Of a stretch of 62,305 nucleotides of DNA, positions 1 through 9,655 are shown one piece after another. A program made the position numbers and the translations under genes. Origin of the DNA: Gammaproteobacteria bacterium (lineage in GTDB: Bacteria; Pseudomonadota; Gammaproteobacteria; JAKDMP01); contig JBAUSV010000200.1 in the NCBI GenBank assembly GCA_049581885.1, positions 1 to 62,305 on the forward strand, given 5' to 3'. The first letter of the stretch is position 1. Every line of letters begins with the position of its first letter. Under the pieces are notes generated by a model. It made no database searches and was not told the DNA's origin. It saw only the letters and a program-made list of their open reading frames with translations.

Positions 1-2312
1 TCTGGGGACCCATCCCGTGGATGATCGAAGTCGCGGCGGTACTCTCCGCCGTGGTGCGCCACTGGACCGATCTCATCGTCATCTGCGCGCTGCTGCTATT
101 CAATGCCATCATCGGATTCTGGCAGGAACGCAAGGCGCAGAACGCGCTCGAAGCACTCAAGAGCCAACTCGCGCTCAGGGCGCGCGTACGCCGCGACGGC
201 AAATGGCAGGAGGTTGCCGCCCAGGACCTGGTGCCGGGTGACGTAGTGCGGGTCCGTATCGGGGATATCATTCCCGCTGACATCAAACTCACCGACGGCG
301 ATTTCCTTTCGGTGGACCAGTCGGCGCTGACCGGCGAATCGCTCCCCGTGGACAAGCAGAGCGGAGATATCGCCTACTCGGGTTCCACCGCCAAGCAGGG
401 CGACATGGTCGGCTTGGTAACCGCCACCGGTGCGCATACGGCCTTCGGCAAAACGGCGGCACTGGTCGCCAAGGCGGGCGGCGTTTCGCATTTCCAGAAG
501 GCGGTTCTGCACATCGGCGACTACCTGATCTTCGTCAGCCTCGGTCTGGTCGCCATCCTCATCATCGTGGAGCTTTTCCGGGGCGAGTCTCCGCTGGATC
601 TCATCCAGTTCGCGCTAATCCTGACCGTCGCCTCGATCCCGGTCGCGATGCCGGCGGTGCTTTCGGTCACGATGGCCGTCGGAGCGCTGGCGCTGGCGAA
701 GATGCAGGCGATCGTCTCTCGCCTCGCATCGATCGAAGAACTGGCAGGCATTGACGTGCTGTGCTCAGACAAGACGGGCACGCTCACGCAGAATAAACTC
801 AAGCTGGGCGATCCGGCACCGGCGGCGGGTACGGAAGCCGGAATGGTCGTACTGATGGCGGCGCTTACCTGCGATCCCGATGCCGGCGATGCGATCGACC
901 GTGCCGTCGTGGACGGCTTGGACAACAAGTATGTGGTCGCGCAATACAAGCAGCTTCACTTCAAACCCTTCGACCCCGTACGCAAACACGCCGACGCCGA
1001 TGTGCAAGGACCCGACGGCAAGCGCTTTGCCGTCGCCAAGGGGGCTCCGCAGGTGGTGATGGATCTTGCCAAGCTCGGCGGAAGCGCACGTGAAGAGGCG
1101 GAAAAGAAGGTCAACGAGTTTGCAGGCCATGGCTTCCGCACCCTCGGCGTCGCCCGCCGCGCGGGCGAGAGCGAGGACGGCGCCTGGGAATTTCTTGGTC
1201 TGCTGCCACTCTTCGATCCGCCGCGAGAGGACTCGAAGGAGACGATTGAACATGCGGAAGCCCACGGCATCCATGTCAAGATGGTCACCGGCGACGATCT
1301 TGCGATCGGCAAGGAGATTGCCGGCCAGCTCGGGCTCGGCGCCAATCTTGTCGTTGCCGACGAACACTTCGGCCAGGATACCGCGACCGAGGAATTCGCC
1401 GACCGCGTCGAGCGCGCAGACGGTTTCGCTCAGGTCTTCCCGGAACACAAGTATCGGATCGTGAAGGCGCTGCAATCACGCGGCCATCTGGTCGGCATGA
1501 CGGGCGACGGCGTGAACGACGCGCCGGCGCTCAAGCAGGCCGACGCGGGGATAGCCGTCTCGGGCGCCACCGACGCCGCACGGGCGGCAGCGAGCCTCGT
1601 ACTCATGGCGCCGGGACTCTCGGTCATCGTGAACGCGGTCGAGCACGCGCGCATGATCTTCGAACGGATGAACTCCTACGCTATCTACCGGATCGTGGAG
1701 ACGATCCGGATCATGTTCTTCGTGGTGGCGGCGATGATTGCGTTCAACTTCTACCCCATCACCGCGATCATGATCATTCTTTTGGCGTTCTTCAACGACG
1801 TGCCGATCATGACGATCTCGATAGACAAGACCTGGCTCGACCCGAAACCGGTGCGCTGGAACATGCGTCGTGTACTCACGGTGGCGACGGTGCTCGGTCT
1901 GGTCGGCGTAGTCGAGACCTTCGGCCTGCTCGTGATTGCGCGCGAGGGCTTGCATCTCGACATTGCCCAGATCCAGAGCCTGATTTTCCTCAAGCTCGTG
2001 GTAGCCGGCCACATGACTTTGTTCGTCGTGCGCTCGCGCCGGCACTTCTTCCGCCGCCCGTGGCCGTCGCCGTGGCTGATCGGCGCACTGTTCAGCGGAG
2101 AAATTCTCGCTACGCTGCTGGTGACGCATCCGTTCGGCCTCATCGCCGCAATTTCCTGGCGCGACGCCGGCATCGTGTGGGCCTACGCGCTTGCGTGGAT
2201 TCCGATCGAGGACTGGGCCAAAATGGCCGTCTACCGGCATATCGATTTCTCCCGGCCCAGTCATATGCGTTTCCTGCGCACCGCGCAACAGACGCTGCAC
2301 GGCCAGACCTGA
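1..2312 (+). CDS. P-type ATPase, plasma-membrane H+-ATPase-like (type IIIA); 5' end cut by window edge
   Basis: Frame is open from nt 3 (WGPIPWMIEVAA...). Motifs [45 protein letters not shown], plus a C-terminal TM bundle. Confidence 0.85.
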   Translation, partial: WGPIPWMIEVAAVLSAVVRHWTDLIVICALLLFNAIIGFWQERKAQNALEALKSQLALRARVRRDGKWQEVAAQDLVPGDVVRVRIGDIIPADIKLTDGDFLSVDQSALTGESLPVDKQSGDIAYSGSTAKQGDMVGLVTATGAHTAFGKTAALVAKAGGVSHFQKAVLHIGDYLIFVSLGLVAILIIVELFRGESPLDLIQFALILTVASIPVAMPAVLSVTMAVGALALAKMQAIVSRLASIEELAGIDVLCSDKTGTLTQNKLKLGDPAPAAGTEAGMVVLMAALTCDPDAGDAIDRAVVDGLDNKYVVAQYKQLHFKPFDPVRKHADADVQGPDGKRFAVAKGAPQVVMDLAKLGGSAREEAEKKVNEFAGHGFRTLGVARRAGESEDGAWEFLGLLPLFDPPREDSKETIEHAEAHGIHVKMVTGDDLAIGKEIAGQLGLGANLVVADEHFGQDTATEEFADRVERADGFAQVFPEHKYRIVKALQSRGHLVGMTGDGVNDAPALKQADAGIAVSGATDAARAAASLVLMAPGLSVIVNAVEHARMIFERMNSYAIYRIVETIRIMFFVVAAMIAFNFYPITAIMIILLAFFNDVPIMTISIDKTWLDPKPVRWNMRRVLTVATVLGLVGVVETFGLLVIAREGLHLDIAQIQSLIFLKLVVAGHMTLFVVRSRRHFFRRPWPSPWLIGALFSGEILATLLVTHPFGLIAAISWRDAGIVWAYALAWIPIEDWAKMAVYRHIDFSRPSHMRFLRTAQQTLHGQT

Positions 2313-2327
2313 TACATTGAAAGAGAC

Positions 2328-3518
2328 ATGAAAGCACCGCAAACCGTGTATCGCATCCTGTGCATCAACGCAGGTTCCTCGTCGCTCAAGACCGCGCTGT
2401 TTGCCGTGAATCCGCCGGAAGAACCGAAGCGCCTGGCCAGGATCGAGGCAAGCGGGATCGGCGAAGATGACACGCTCCTTGCCTGGCAGATCGGGGAACG
2501 ACGGCATGACCGGACGGGTCCATTCGACAACCATCACGATGCGCTTGCCGCGGTGCTCGGTCTCCTGCACGAGCAGAAACTCCCGAATCCGGACGCACTC
2601 GGGCACCGCATCGTCCGCGGCCCGCGCGGGCATAGCGCGCCCGCGCGGCTTACCCCCGAACTGATGCGAATGCTGGAGCCCTACCGGACGTCGGCGCCCC
2701 TGCACATTCCATCCGAACTCGACGCCATCGAAGCGGCAAGAAAACATTTTCCATCGGCGGAGCAGATCGCCTGCTTCGACAATCATTTCTTTTCGACGCT
2801 GCCGGCGGTGGCGCGCCGTCTGCCCCTTCCGCGCGCGCTGGACGAGACGGGCATCGAGCGCATCGGCTATCACGGGCTATCTTACGAATACATCTTGGGC
2901 CATCTCGACGGCGCCAGGGGACGCACAGTCATCGCCCACCTCGGCAACGGAGCGAGCCTGGCCGCAATCCATGACGGTAGCCCGATTGATACGACAATGG
3001 GCTATACCCCCGCCGGCGGCCTGATGATGGGCACCCGTTCGGGCGATCTCGACCCTGGTGCACTGATCGCATGGATGCGGCAGAAAAACCTCGGCGCGGA
3101 CGAACTGGAGCGACTGGTGAATCTCCAGTCCGGACTGACCGGCGTAGCGGGCGGCGAATCGTCGATGGTGAAACTGCTTGAACAAGCGGCATACGGCAAT
3201 CCCGCGGAAGAAGCCATCGCTCTTTTCTGCTACATCGCACGCAAGTATCTGGGCGCCATGATCGCGGCGCTAGGCGGCATCGACACCCTGGTATTCACCG
3301 GCGGCATCGGCGAACACGCGCCGGCGATACGCGAGCGCATATTGAACGGACTGGACGATCTCGGCCTGGTGCTCGACACCCATGCAAACGCCGCAGGAAA
3401 ATCGGCAATCGAAAGCCCACGCTCGCGCGCACGCATTCGCGTGATCCCCACGGACGAAGACGCAGTCATCGCCCGGCACACAGCGGCACTGATCGCTCAA
3501 GCGGAGCAGACGTCATGA
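2328..3518 (+). CDS. ackA: acetate kinase
   Basis: 396 aa. N-terminal INAGSSSLK motif, GYHGLSYEY, and a C-terminal TGGIGE segment typical of acetate/propionate kinases. Confidence 0.9.
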   Translation: MKAPQTVYRILCINAGSSSLKTALFAVNPPEEPKRLARIEASGIGEDDTLLAWQIGERRHDRTGPFDNHHDALAAVLGLLHEQKLPNPDALGHRIVRGPRGHSAPARLTPELMRMLEPYRTSAPLHIPSELDAIEAARKHFPSAEQIACFDNHFFSTLPAVARRLPLPRALDETGIERIGYHGLSYEYILGHLDGARGRTVIAHLGNGASLAAIHDGSPIDTTMGYTPAGGLMMGTRSGDLDPGALIAWMRQKNLGADELERLVNLQSGLTGVAGGESSMVKLLEQAAYGNPAEEAIALFCYIARKYLGAMIAALGGIDTLVFTGGIGEHAPAIRERILNGLDDLGLVLDTHANAAGKSAIESPRSRARIRVIPTDEDAVIARHTAALIAQAEQTS

Positions 3519-3805
3519 ACGCAGACCTACGGCTGGAATTCATTGATTGCTACTGGCCGGCAACCAACCACCTTGCTGCCACGCAAATTTTTCTCTGCGA
3601 CAATCCACTTTTGGAGCGCTCAATCAAGGAATCCGACATCAAGCCGCACCTGCTCGGCCACTGGGGCATCTCGCCGGGACTTAAACTGATTTATGTGCAT
3701 CTGAACCGCCTGATCCGTTTTCATATCGCCCTCGGCGCGCTTGAGTACCTGCCCGAAATCACAAACTGGATCTGGAACGATCCGAACGAGGATACACATT
3801 CATGA
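3515..3805 (+). pseudogene. xfp: phosphoketolase remnant (in-frame internal deletion, N-terminal ~68 aa joined to C-terminal ~25 aa)
   Basis: CYWPATNHLAATQIFLCDNPLL...DIKPHLLGHWGISPGLKLIYVHLNRLI matches the conserved Xfp N-terminus. The tail LPEITNWIW matches the extreme Xfp C-terminus. Only 96 codons remain instead of about 790. Confidence 0.7.
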
Positions 3806-5211
3806 CAAGCTCGACTTTAACCCTTACGTCCCACGGTGCCGCCGAACAGGTCACCGGGTCCTGTCACCTGCTCGAAGTCGCGGGACACCGGATACTCGTC
3901 GACTGCGGCATGTTCCAGGGTAGCCATGAGAACGAGAAAGAGAACCACGCGGAACTCGGCTTCGACCCGGCCAGCATCGACATCGTTCTGCTCACCCACG
4001 CCCACCTCGATCACTGCGGCCGCCTGCCGCTGCTCGTCAAACAAGGCTACGCAGGCGAGATCGTGTGCACGGCCGGCACCCGAGACTTGGCGCGCCTCGT
4101 GCTGCTGGATTCGGCGCACATCGCCGAGGAAGAAGCGGAACGGCGCAACCGCCGGGCCCGCCGTGGCGGCCACCCCGAATCCGAGCCGCTCTATACCGTC
4201 ACCGAGGCCATGGACGCGATCGGCGCGTTCACCCGCACGGTCGCCTACGGCAAACCGCTGGAAATTCTCCCTGGCATCAAGGTTACCTTCCACGACGCGG
4301 GACACATCCTGGGCTCAGCCAGTATCGAGATTCGCTGCCCGACCGGGGACGGCGAACGCCGCATCCTGTTCTCGGGCGACCTCGGCAACGGCGGCCGGCC
4401 GCTGCTCAACGACCCCGCCCCACCGCAGGGCTGCGACTACATAGTGACCGAATGCACCTACGGCGACCGCGACCATCGTCCGCTGCAGGAATCGGTGGAA
4501 GAGCTCTACACGGCCGCCAACGAAACGATCAACGGCGGCGGCAACCTGGTCATCCCCACCTTCGCGCTGGAGCGGGCGCAGGAAATCCTCTATTACCTCA
4601 GGGTCGGCATCAAGCAGGAGAAGCTGCCGCAGCACCTGTCCGTGTACCTCGACTCGCCCATGGCCATCACCGCGACCGAGATTTTCCGCCGCCACCCGGA
4701 GTGCCTGAGCAAAAGCTTCATCGGCGAACTGGAGGGACACGAACCGTTCGACTTCCCCGGCCTGAAGATGTCGCGTACCGTCGCCGAATCACAAGCCGTG
4801 AACCACGTCGACAGCGGTGCCGTGATCCTTGCCGGCTCGGGCATGTGCACGGGCGGGCGCGTGCGCCATCACTTGAAGTACAACCTGTGGCGCAAGGAAT
4901 GCGGCATCGCCTTCGTGGGCTACGCCGCCAACGGCACCCTTGCCCGCATTATCATCGACGGCGCCAAACATGTGAGGCTGTTCGGTGAAGACATCAAGGT
5001 CGCCGCCAGGACCTGGACCATCAACGGCTTCTCCGCCCACGCCGACCACACCGAACTGCTGAACTGGCTGGACAGGTGCGGCAAGCCGCGCAAGACCTTC
5101 CTCGTACACGGCGAACCCGACCACGGCATGGCCGCCCTGGAAAAATCTCTCAAAGAAAAAGGCTGGGACACCCAGCGTCCCGAACCGCATCAATCCATCG
5201 ACCTGACATAA
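3802..5211 (+). CDS. MBL-fold metallo-hydrolase of the beta-CASP (RNA-metabolising, CPSF/RNase J-like) type
   Basis: 469 aa. Has HAHLDHCG (HxHxDH), a downstream DAGH, and a C-terminal SAHAD motif. Start overlaps the stop of the preceding remnant (ATGA). Confidence 0.85.
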   Translation: MTSSTLTLTSHGAAEQVTGSCHLLEVAGHRILVDCGMFQGSHENEKENHAELGFDPASIDIVLLTHAHLDHCGRLPLLVKQGYAGEIVCTAGTRDLARLVLLDSAHIAEEEAERRNRRARRGGHPESEPLYTVTEAMDAIGAFTRTVAYGKPLEILPGIKVTFHDAGHILGSASIEIRCPTGDGERRILFSGDLGNGGRPLLNDPAPPQGCDYIVTECTYGDRDHRPLQESVEELYTAANETINGGGNLVIPTFALERAQEILYYLRVGIKQEKLPQHLSVYLDSPMAITATEIFRRHPECLSKSFIGELEGHEPFDFPGLKMSRTVAESQAVNHVDSGAVILAGSGMCTGGRVRHHLKYNLWRKECGIAFVGYAANGTLARIIIDGAKHVRLFGEDIKVAARTWTINGFSAHADHTELLNWLDRCGKPRKTFLVHGEPDHGMAALEKSLKEKGWDTQRPEPHQSIDLT

Positions 5212-5253
5212 ACATCATGATCTGGAATGCACGTCTGGATGCCCGCTTGTGGC

Positions 5254-6139
5254 TGCGAATTCAACGGGTGGATGCAACGCGCTAAATTCTGCGTAAGCAG
5301 AAGGAGTGTTGCTGATGAAACAAAGAACACGGATTTATTACACCGAGAGCCAGAAGGCGCTGATGTGGGGTCGTTGGCAGCAAGGCGATTCGCTGCATCA
5401 GATCGCAAAGCTGTTTGATCGATACCATTCCTCGGTCCATCGCATCCTCTCAGAGACGGGCGGCATTCGCCCGCCCCCGCGGCACCGATCGCCCCGGGCA
5501 CTGAGCTTGGCCGAGCGCGAGGAGGTCTCCCGGGGAACTGGCCCAAGGCCAGTCGATGCGCCAGATTGGCGAGGCTCTGGGGCGGGCGCCCAGGGCTTCG
5601 GGCGGGGTCGGATCGCCGAGACGGTCTCGATCCGCAAGCGCCCGGCCGAGGCCAAGGACCGAGCGGTGCGCCCGGGCACTGGGAAGGGGATCTGCTGTTC
5701 GGGACCCAGCACACCCAGATCGCCACACTGGTCGAGCGCCACACCCGCTACGTGATGCTGGTAAAGCTGGGAGGCAAGGATACCGAGACGGTAATCAATG
5801 CCCTGATCAAGCACGCCCACAAACTGCCCAGTGAACTCTACAAGTCCCTGACGTGGGATCACGGCAAGGAAATGCACCAGCATCAGCGTTTCACCCTGGC
5901 CACTGACGTCCAGGTCTACTTCTGCGATCCGCAGAATCCGTGGCAGCGCGGGAGCAATAAGAATACGAACGGATTACTTCGACAGTACTTCCCGAAGGGC
6001 ACCGATTTATCCGTTTACTCCCAGGCCCAGCTCAATGCGGTCGCTCGACAGCTGAATGAACGACCGAGGAAAACGCTAAACCACGAAACGCCTGCCGAGC
6101 GTTTCGCACAATGTGTTGCGTCGATCCATTGAATCCGCA
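5254..6139 (+). mobile_element. IS30-family insertion sequence, decayed copy
   Basis: Imperfect terminal inverted repeats: 5254 tgcgaattcaacgggtggatgcaacg versus the reverse complement of cgtcgatccattgaatccgca ending at 6139, about 21 of 29 positions by eye. They enclose IS30-type transposase reading frames. Confidence 0.8.
5306..6132 (+). pseudogene. IS30 transposase, disrupted by frameshifts and an internal deletion
   Basis: The N-terminal HTH part (YYTESQKALMWGRWQQGDSLHQIAKLF) is in one frame. LAQGQSMRQIGEALGRAP is in a second frame. ETVSIRKRPAEAKDRAV is back in the first, and the DDE core (PGHWEGDLL...WDHGKEM...[22 protein letters not shown]) is in a third. About 100 codons between the HTH and the catalytic core are missing. 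Confidence 0.85.
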
Positions 6140-6319
6140 GCCCAATTCGGACAGTAAACATACTGCAAGGATCGACATTCAAGAACGATTGCAGGGTACT
6201 TTTCATCAAGCCATCATGTAGATGGCGGTTGGGGAAAATCAAGTTATGTCTAATGCGGAATATGCTTGTCCGACCGCACTTTTTTAAAAAGTGAACAGCA
6301 CCCACATCAACTATTTTCG

Positions 6320-6931
6320 TCAATTACTCGTCAACATGTAATCTTTCTCAGTAAAAAGGCATATACAAGCATCAACGGCATCAGAATTCAGTTTATCTCC
6401 TCGCAGTTTGCGTATAACCTCCATGACGTTGTCAAGGCTGTGGGCCGGTCGATAGGGGCGACGCGAGAGCATACTTTCCGTGACATCGGCCACCGCTAGA
6501 ATCTGTGCTTCAAGGAGTATTTCAGGTCCCTTCAACCCCCTGGGATAACCGGATCCGTCGAGGCGCTCGTGATGCTGTCTGGCTATCTCTGCAATCGGCC
6601 AGGGACCCGGCAATTCGCTGAGAATCCTGTACCCCGCATCGGCATGAGTTTTTACAATCTCGAATTCTTCCGTGGTCAGGGATCCTGGTTTTTCGATAAT
6701 GTATCGGGGGACTTCAATTTTCCCGATATCGTGTACCAGACCCGCAAGATCGAGTAACCATACGACCTCGGCTGAAAGATCCATTTGCATGCCGATAACG
6801 GAGGCAAGCCTGCCAACGGCCCTGGAGTGCAAGACGGTATAGGCATCGTGCCGCTTATGGGTCGCGGAGGCGAGTTTTATCGACCACTCCGCCGCAACCG
6901 TGTAGCTGCATGAACAAGTTATAGCGTCCAA
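6320..6931 (-). CDS. stand-alone HD-GYP domain protein (putative c-di-GMP phosphodiesterase)
   Basis: 203 aa. Motifs HSRAVG, HDIGK and HHERLDGSGYPRG. Only about 15 residues precede the domain. The first in-frame start is TTG. Local sequence is AT-richer. Confidence 0.75.
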   Translation of the reverse strand: MDAITCSCSYTVAAEWSIKLASATHKRHDAYTVLHSRAVGRLASVIGMQMDLSAEVVWLLDLAGLVHDIGKIEVPRYIIEKPGSLTTEEFEIVKTHADAGYRILSELPGPWPIAEIARQHHERLDGSGYPRGLKGPEILLEAQILAVADVTESMLSRRPYRPAHSLDNVMEVIRKLRGDKLNSDAVDACICLFTEKDYMLTSN

Positions 6932-7095
6932 GGAACGAACCTACAATACAAACTAATTAATATTACTCTAAATCCCTCGTTGCCCTTTGATTAGGATCAA
7001 AAAAATGACTATAACGGTCAGATTCCGTCTCGAATTCGAAAGATCGGGGCAGGGATTGAGAAACGGTTACGGAGGAGGTATTGCCATTTGAAATG

Positions 7096-7123
7096 GTGGC
7101 GAAGTTAAGCGTTACTTCGCCAC
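7096..7123. terminator. perfect 10-bp stem hairpin (gtggcgaagt / acttcgccac, 8-nt loop)
   Basis: Read directly from the sequence. Lies in the gap between the GST gene 3' end and the HD-GYP gene 5' end. Confidence 0.4.
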
Positions 7124-7190
7124 TTGTCAATGACTGCTTCAAACGTCTTGGCTTCCAGCAACCGGGCGAGGCAGCGGATAACCATGTTCA

Positions 7191-7222
7191 CTTTAAAGTT
7201 GGAACCCCTGCCAACTTTAAAG
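7191..7222 (-). terminator. perfect 12-bp stem hairpin (ctttaaagttgg / ccaactttaaag, 8-nt loop) just downstream of the GST gene
   Basis: Read directly. Lies 23 nt after the minus-strand stop at 7245. No U-tract follows, so intrinsic-terminator function is uncertain. Confidence 0.4.
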
Positions 7223-7244
7223 CCGCTCACTACGGTGCGCTCCA

Positions 7245-7922
7245 TTAGCCCTGCACTTCGGGTGGACGCCCACGCTCCTCTTCATCTAGAACCTCCGGCT
7301 CCGCGGCTGCGGCCGACATCCAGGCCTCGAGATCGGAGTCGGCAAGCGCCGTTGCGGCATACTCGGCTGCGAGGCCGTCGAGCTCGATGCCGTAGGTATG
7401 AAAGCGGCTTGCGACCGGTGCGTACATCGCATCGGCGATGGACCAGCGACCGTAGAGCCAGGGTCCGTCTGCGCCGAAGTGCTCGCGGCTTTCGCGCCAC
7501 AATGTCCGGATGCGCTCGACGTCGTGCTCAAGCGCCGGACTGGCAACAACGCGGCGATCGCGTGCACGGCAATTCATCGGGAGTTCGCTGCGCAGCGCGG
7601 CGAAACCCGAATGCATCTCGGCACTTGCCGAGCGCGCATGGGCGCGGGCCGCGGTATCGGTCGGCCACAGTCCGTCGCCGGCGAAAGTCTCATTCGCGTA
7701 CTCTCCGATGGCAAGCGAATCCCAGATGATGCGCCCGGTATGATGCAGCACCGGAACCCGTCCGCTCGGCGAATAGCGTCCAATCTCGCTCCGGAACTCT
7801 GGTGTCCCGAGCGCAAGCCGCCGAACTTCGAATTCGGCACCGCTCTTCGCGAGCGCGAGCCAGCCGCGGAGCGACCACGAAGAATAGTTGCGGTTGCCGA
7901 TGACAAGCAATGCCTTGGTCAT
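7245..7922 (-). CDS. glutathione S-transferase family protein
   Basis: Start chosen at MTKALLVIGNRNYSSWSLRGW (ATG at 7922), which is 1 nt after the ribE stop. Shows the GST N-terminal thioredoxin-like pattern (SSWS...RVPVL). The longer 280-aa ORF would overlap ribE. Confidence 0.75.
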   Translation of the reverse strand: MTKALLVIGNRNYSSWSLRGWLALAKSGAEFEVRRLALGTPEFRSEIGRYSPSGRVPVLHHTGRIIWDSLAIGEYANETFAGDGLWPTDTAARAHARSASAEMHSGFAALRSELPMNCRARDRRVVASPALEHDVERIRTLWRESREHFGADGPWLYGRWSIADAMYAPVASRFHTYGIELDGLAAEYAATALADSDLEAWMSAAAAEPEVLDEEERGRPPEVQG

Positions 7923-7923
7923 G

Positions 7924-8547
7924 TCACGCGCCTCTTGAGGAAGGGAAATCGCTGCGCGCGGCGAGCAGGCGATCGAGATAGCGGGCAATAATATCCACTT
8001 CGAGATTGACGTGCGTACCGACCACATAGCGGTCGGCGATCGTGCGTTCAAGCGTCGCCGGAATGATGGCGACTCCGAACTCGGCACCCTCGACCTCGTT
8101 TACCGTCAGACTCACACCGTCCACCGCAATCGAACCCTTGGATGCGATGAGGTGCGCAAGTGCATCGGGCGCGCGGAAGCGCAGGCGCCAGGCCCGGGCG
8201 TCCCGATGGCGCGAGACTAGCGTACCGATGCCATCCACGTGGCCGCTCATCAGGTGACCGCCGAGGGCGTCGCCCATGGCAAGCGCTGGTTCGAGATTCA
8301 CCGGCGTGCCCTTTGCCAAATCGCCAAGCGTGGTCAGGGATAAGGTTTCGGCAGACACATCGGCATAAAAGCATGCATCGATCGGATCGACCACGGTCAG
8401 ACAAACACCATTCACCGCAACGCTCGCGCCCGTCGTGAGTGCAGTCGGCTCGAGCACGCCTGTACAATCAACCTCGAGCCGCTGGTCGCCGCCGCGCGCC
8501 TCGCGCGATTGAATACGCCCTGTACCGTGCACTATACCGGTAAACAT
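7924..8547 (-). CDS. ribE: riboflavin synthase (alpha chain)
   Basis: MFTGIVHGTGRI N-terminus and two lumazine-binding repeats (GASVAVNGVCLTV / GSIAVDGVSLTV). Start at ATG 8547. Confidence 0.9.
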   Translation of the reverse strand: MFTGIVHGTGRIQSREARGGDQRLEVDCTGVLEPTALTTGASVAVNGVCLTVVDPIDACFYADVSAETLSLTTLGDLAKGTPVNLEPALAMGDALGGHLMSGHVDGIGTLVSRHRDARAWRLRFRAPDALAHLIASKGSIAVDGVSLTVNEVEGAEFGVAIIPATLERTIADRYVVGTHVNLEVDIIARYLDRLLAARSDFPSSRGA

Positions 8548-8548
8548 G

Positions 8549-9655
8549 TCATTCCTTCTCCGGTTGCAAACGAATGCGCGCGTCCCGCCCGACACGCTGG
8601 GTTCGCACGACGCGCCACCGTGGCGGGTCGGGGATCCATGTCTGCTCGTCGAGCACGGCGAACGCCCGCGCGCCCGGACCCAGCAGATGCGGGCCTTGGA
8701 ACAGATCGAGTTCATCCACAAGACTCGCACCAATCAAGGCGCCCGCCATGCGCGGGCCGCATTCCGCGTACACCTCGTTGATTCCAAGCTCGGCCAGCGC
8801 GTGCAACACGGGCTCCCATTGCGGATGTCCATTGGCATCGGCCGCGACCACATGAATTGTCGCACCCGCCTCTTCCAATGCCGTGCGGCGTTCGCCGTCG
8901 TCTGTGGTGCAGAAAAAATGAACCGGTCCACCTGCCTCGCTGAACAGTCGCGCTTTCTGTGGCGTAGACAACTTCGAATCGAGCACCACCCTCACCGGCT
9001 GACGGCTCACGATGGGCAGACGAACGTTGAGTGCGGGGTCGTCGGCAAGCACGGTGCCGACACCGGTCAGTACGGCCGCGGCACGGGCACGCGAACGGTG
9101 CACTGCAACGCGCGCCACCGGGCCGGTGATCCATTGGCTGGTGCCGTCGGCCAGCGCACTTTTGCCGTCGAGGCTCGCCGCCAGCTTGAGGGTCAGCCAC
9201 GGCCTTCCCCGCTCGAAGCGGCTGAAGAACCCCCGGTTGATGCGCCGTGTCTGCGCTTCGCCGAGACCAACCTGCACTGCGATCCCTGCATCCTGCAAGG
9301 CCTTGACACCATTTCCGGCCACCAGTGGATTGGGATCGCGCGCTGCCACGACCACGCACGACACGCCAGCTTCGATCAAGGCCGAGGCACACGGCGGCGT
9401 GCGACCGTGATGGCTGCATGGTTCCAGCGTTACATACGCGGTAGCGCCCCTCGCCTGCTCACCGGCCTGACGCAGGGCGAACAGCTCGGCATGCGGTTCG
9501 CCGGCACGAGCATGGAAACCTTCGCTTACCACACGACCGTTATTCACGATGACGCAGCCCACTGCCGGATTCGGCGCACAGGTCCGCAGCCCCTTCACCG
9601 CCAGACGCAGAGCGCGGCGCATGTAGTGTTCGTCCTGAACGAGTCCGTCCGTCAT
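8549..9655 (-). CDS. ribD: bifunctional diaminohydroxyphosphoribosylaminopyrimidine deaminase / 5-amino-6-(5-phosphoribosylamino)uracil reductase
   Basis: Deaminase zinc motifs HAELFAL and [13 protein letters not shown], followed by a C-terminal reductase domain. Start overlaps the nrdR stop. Confidence 0.9.
   Translation of the reverse strand: MTDGLVQDEHYMRRALRLAVKGLRTCAPNPAVGCVIVNNGRVVSEGFHARAGEPHAELFALRQAGEQARGATAYVTLEPCSHHGRTPPCASALIEAGVSCVVVAARDPNPLVAGNGVKALQDAGIAVQVGLGEAQTRRINRGFFSRFERGRPWLTLKLAASLDGKSALADGTSQWITGPVARVAVHRSRARAAAVLTGVGTVLADDPALNVRLPIVSRQPVRVVLDSKLSTPQKARLFSEAGGPVHFFCTTDDGERRTALEEAGATIHVVAADANGHPQWEPVLHALAELGINEVYAECGPRMAGALIGASLVDELDLFQGPHLLGPGARAFAVLDEQTWIPDPPRWRVVRTQRVGRDARIRLQPEKE

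Noticed and set aside
1476-2873. 465-aa minus-strand ORF spanning the ATPase/ackA junction
   Set aside because: It is antisense to two genes with clear motifs. It has Arg/His-rich low complexity and no recognisable domain.
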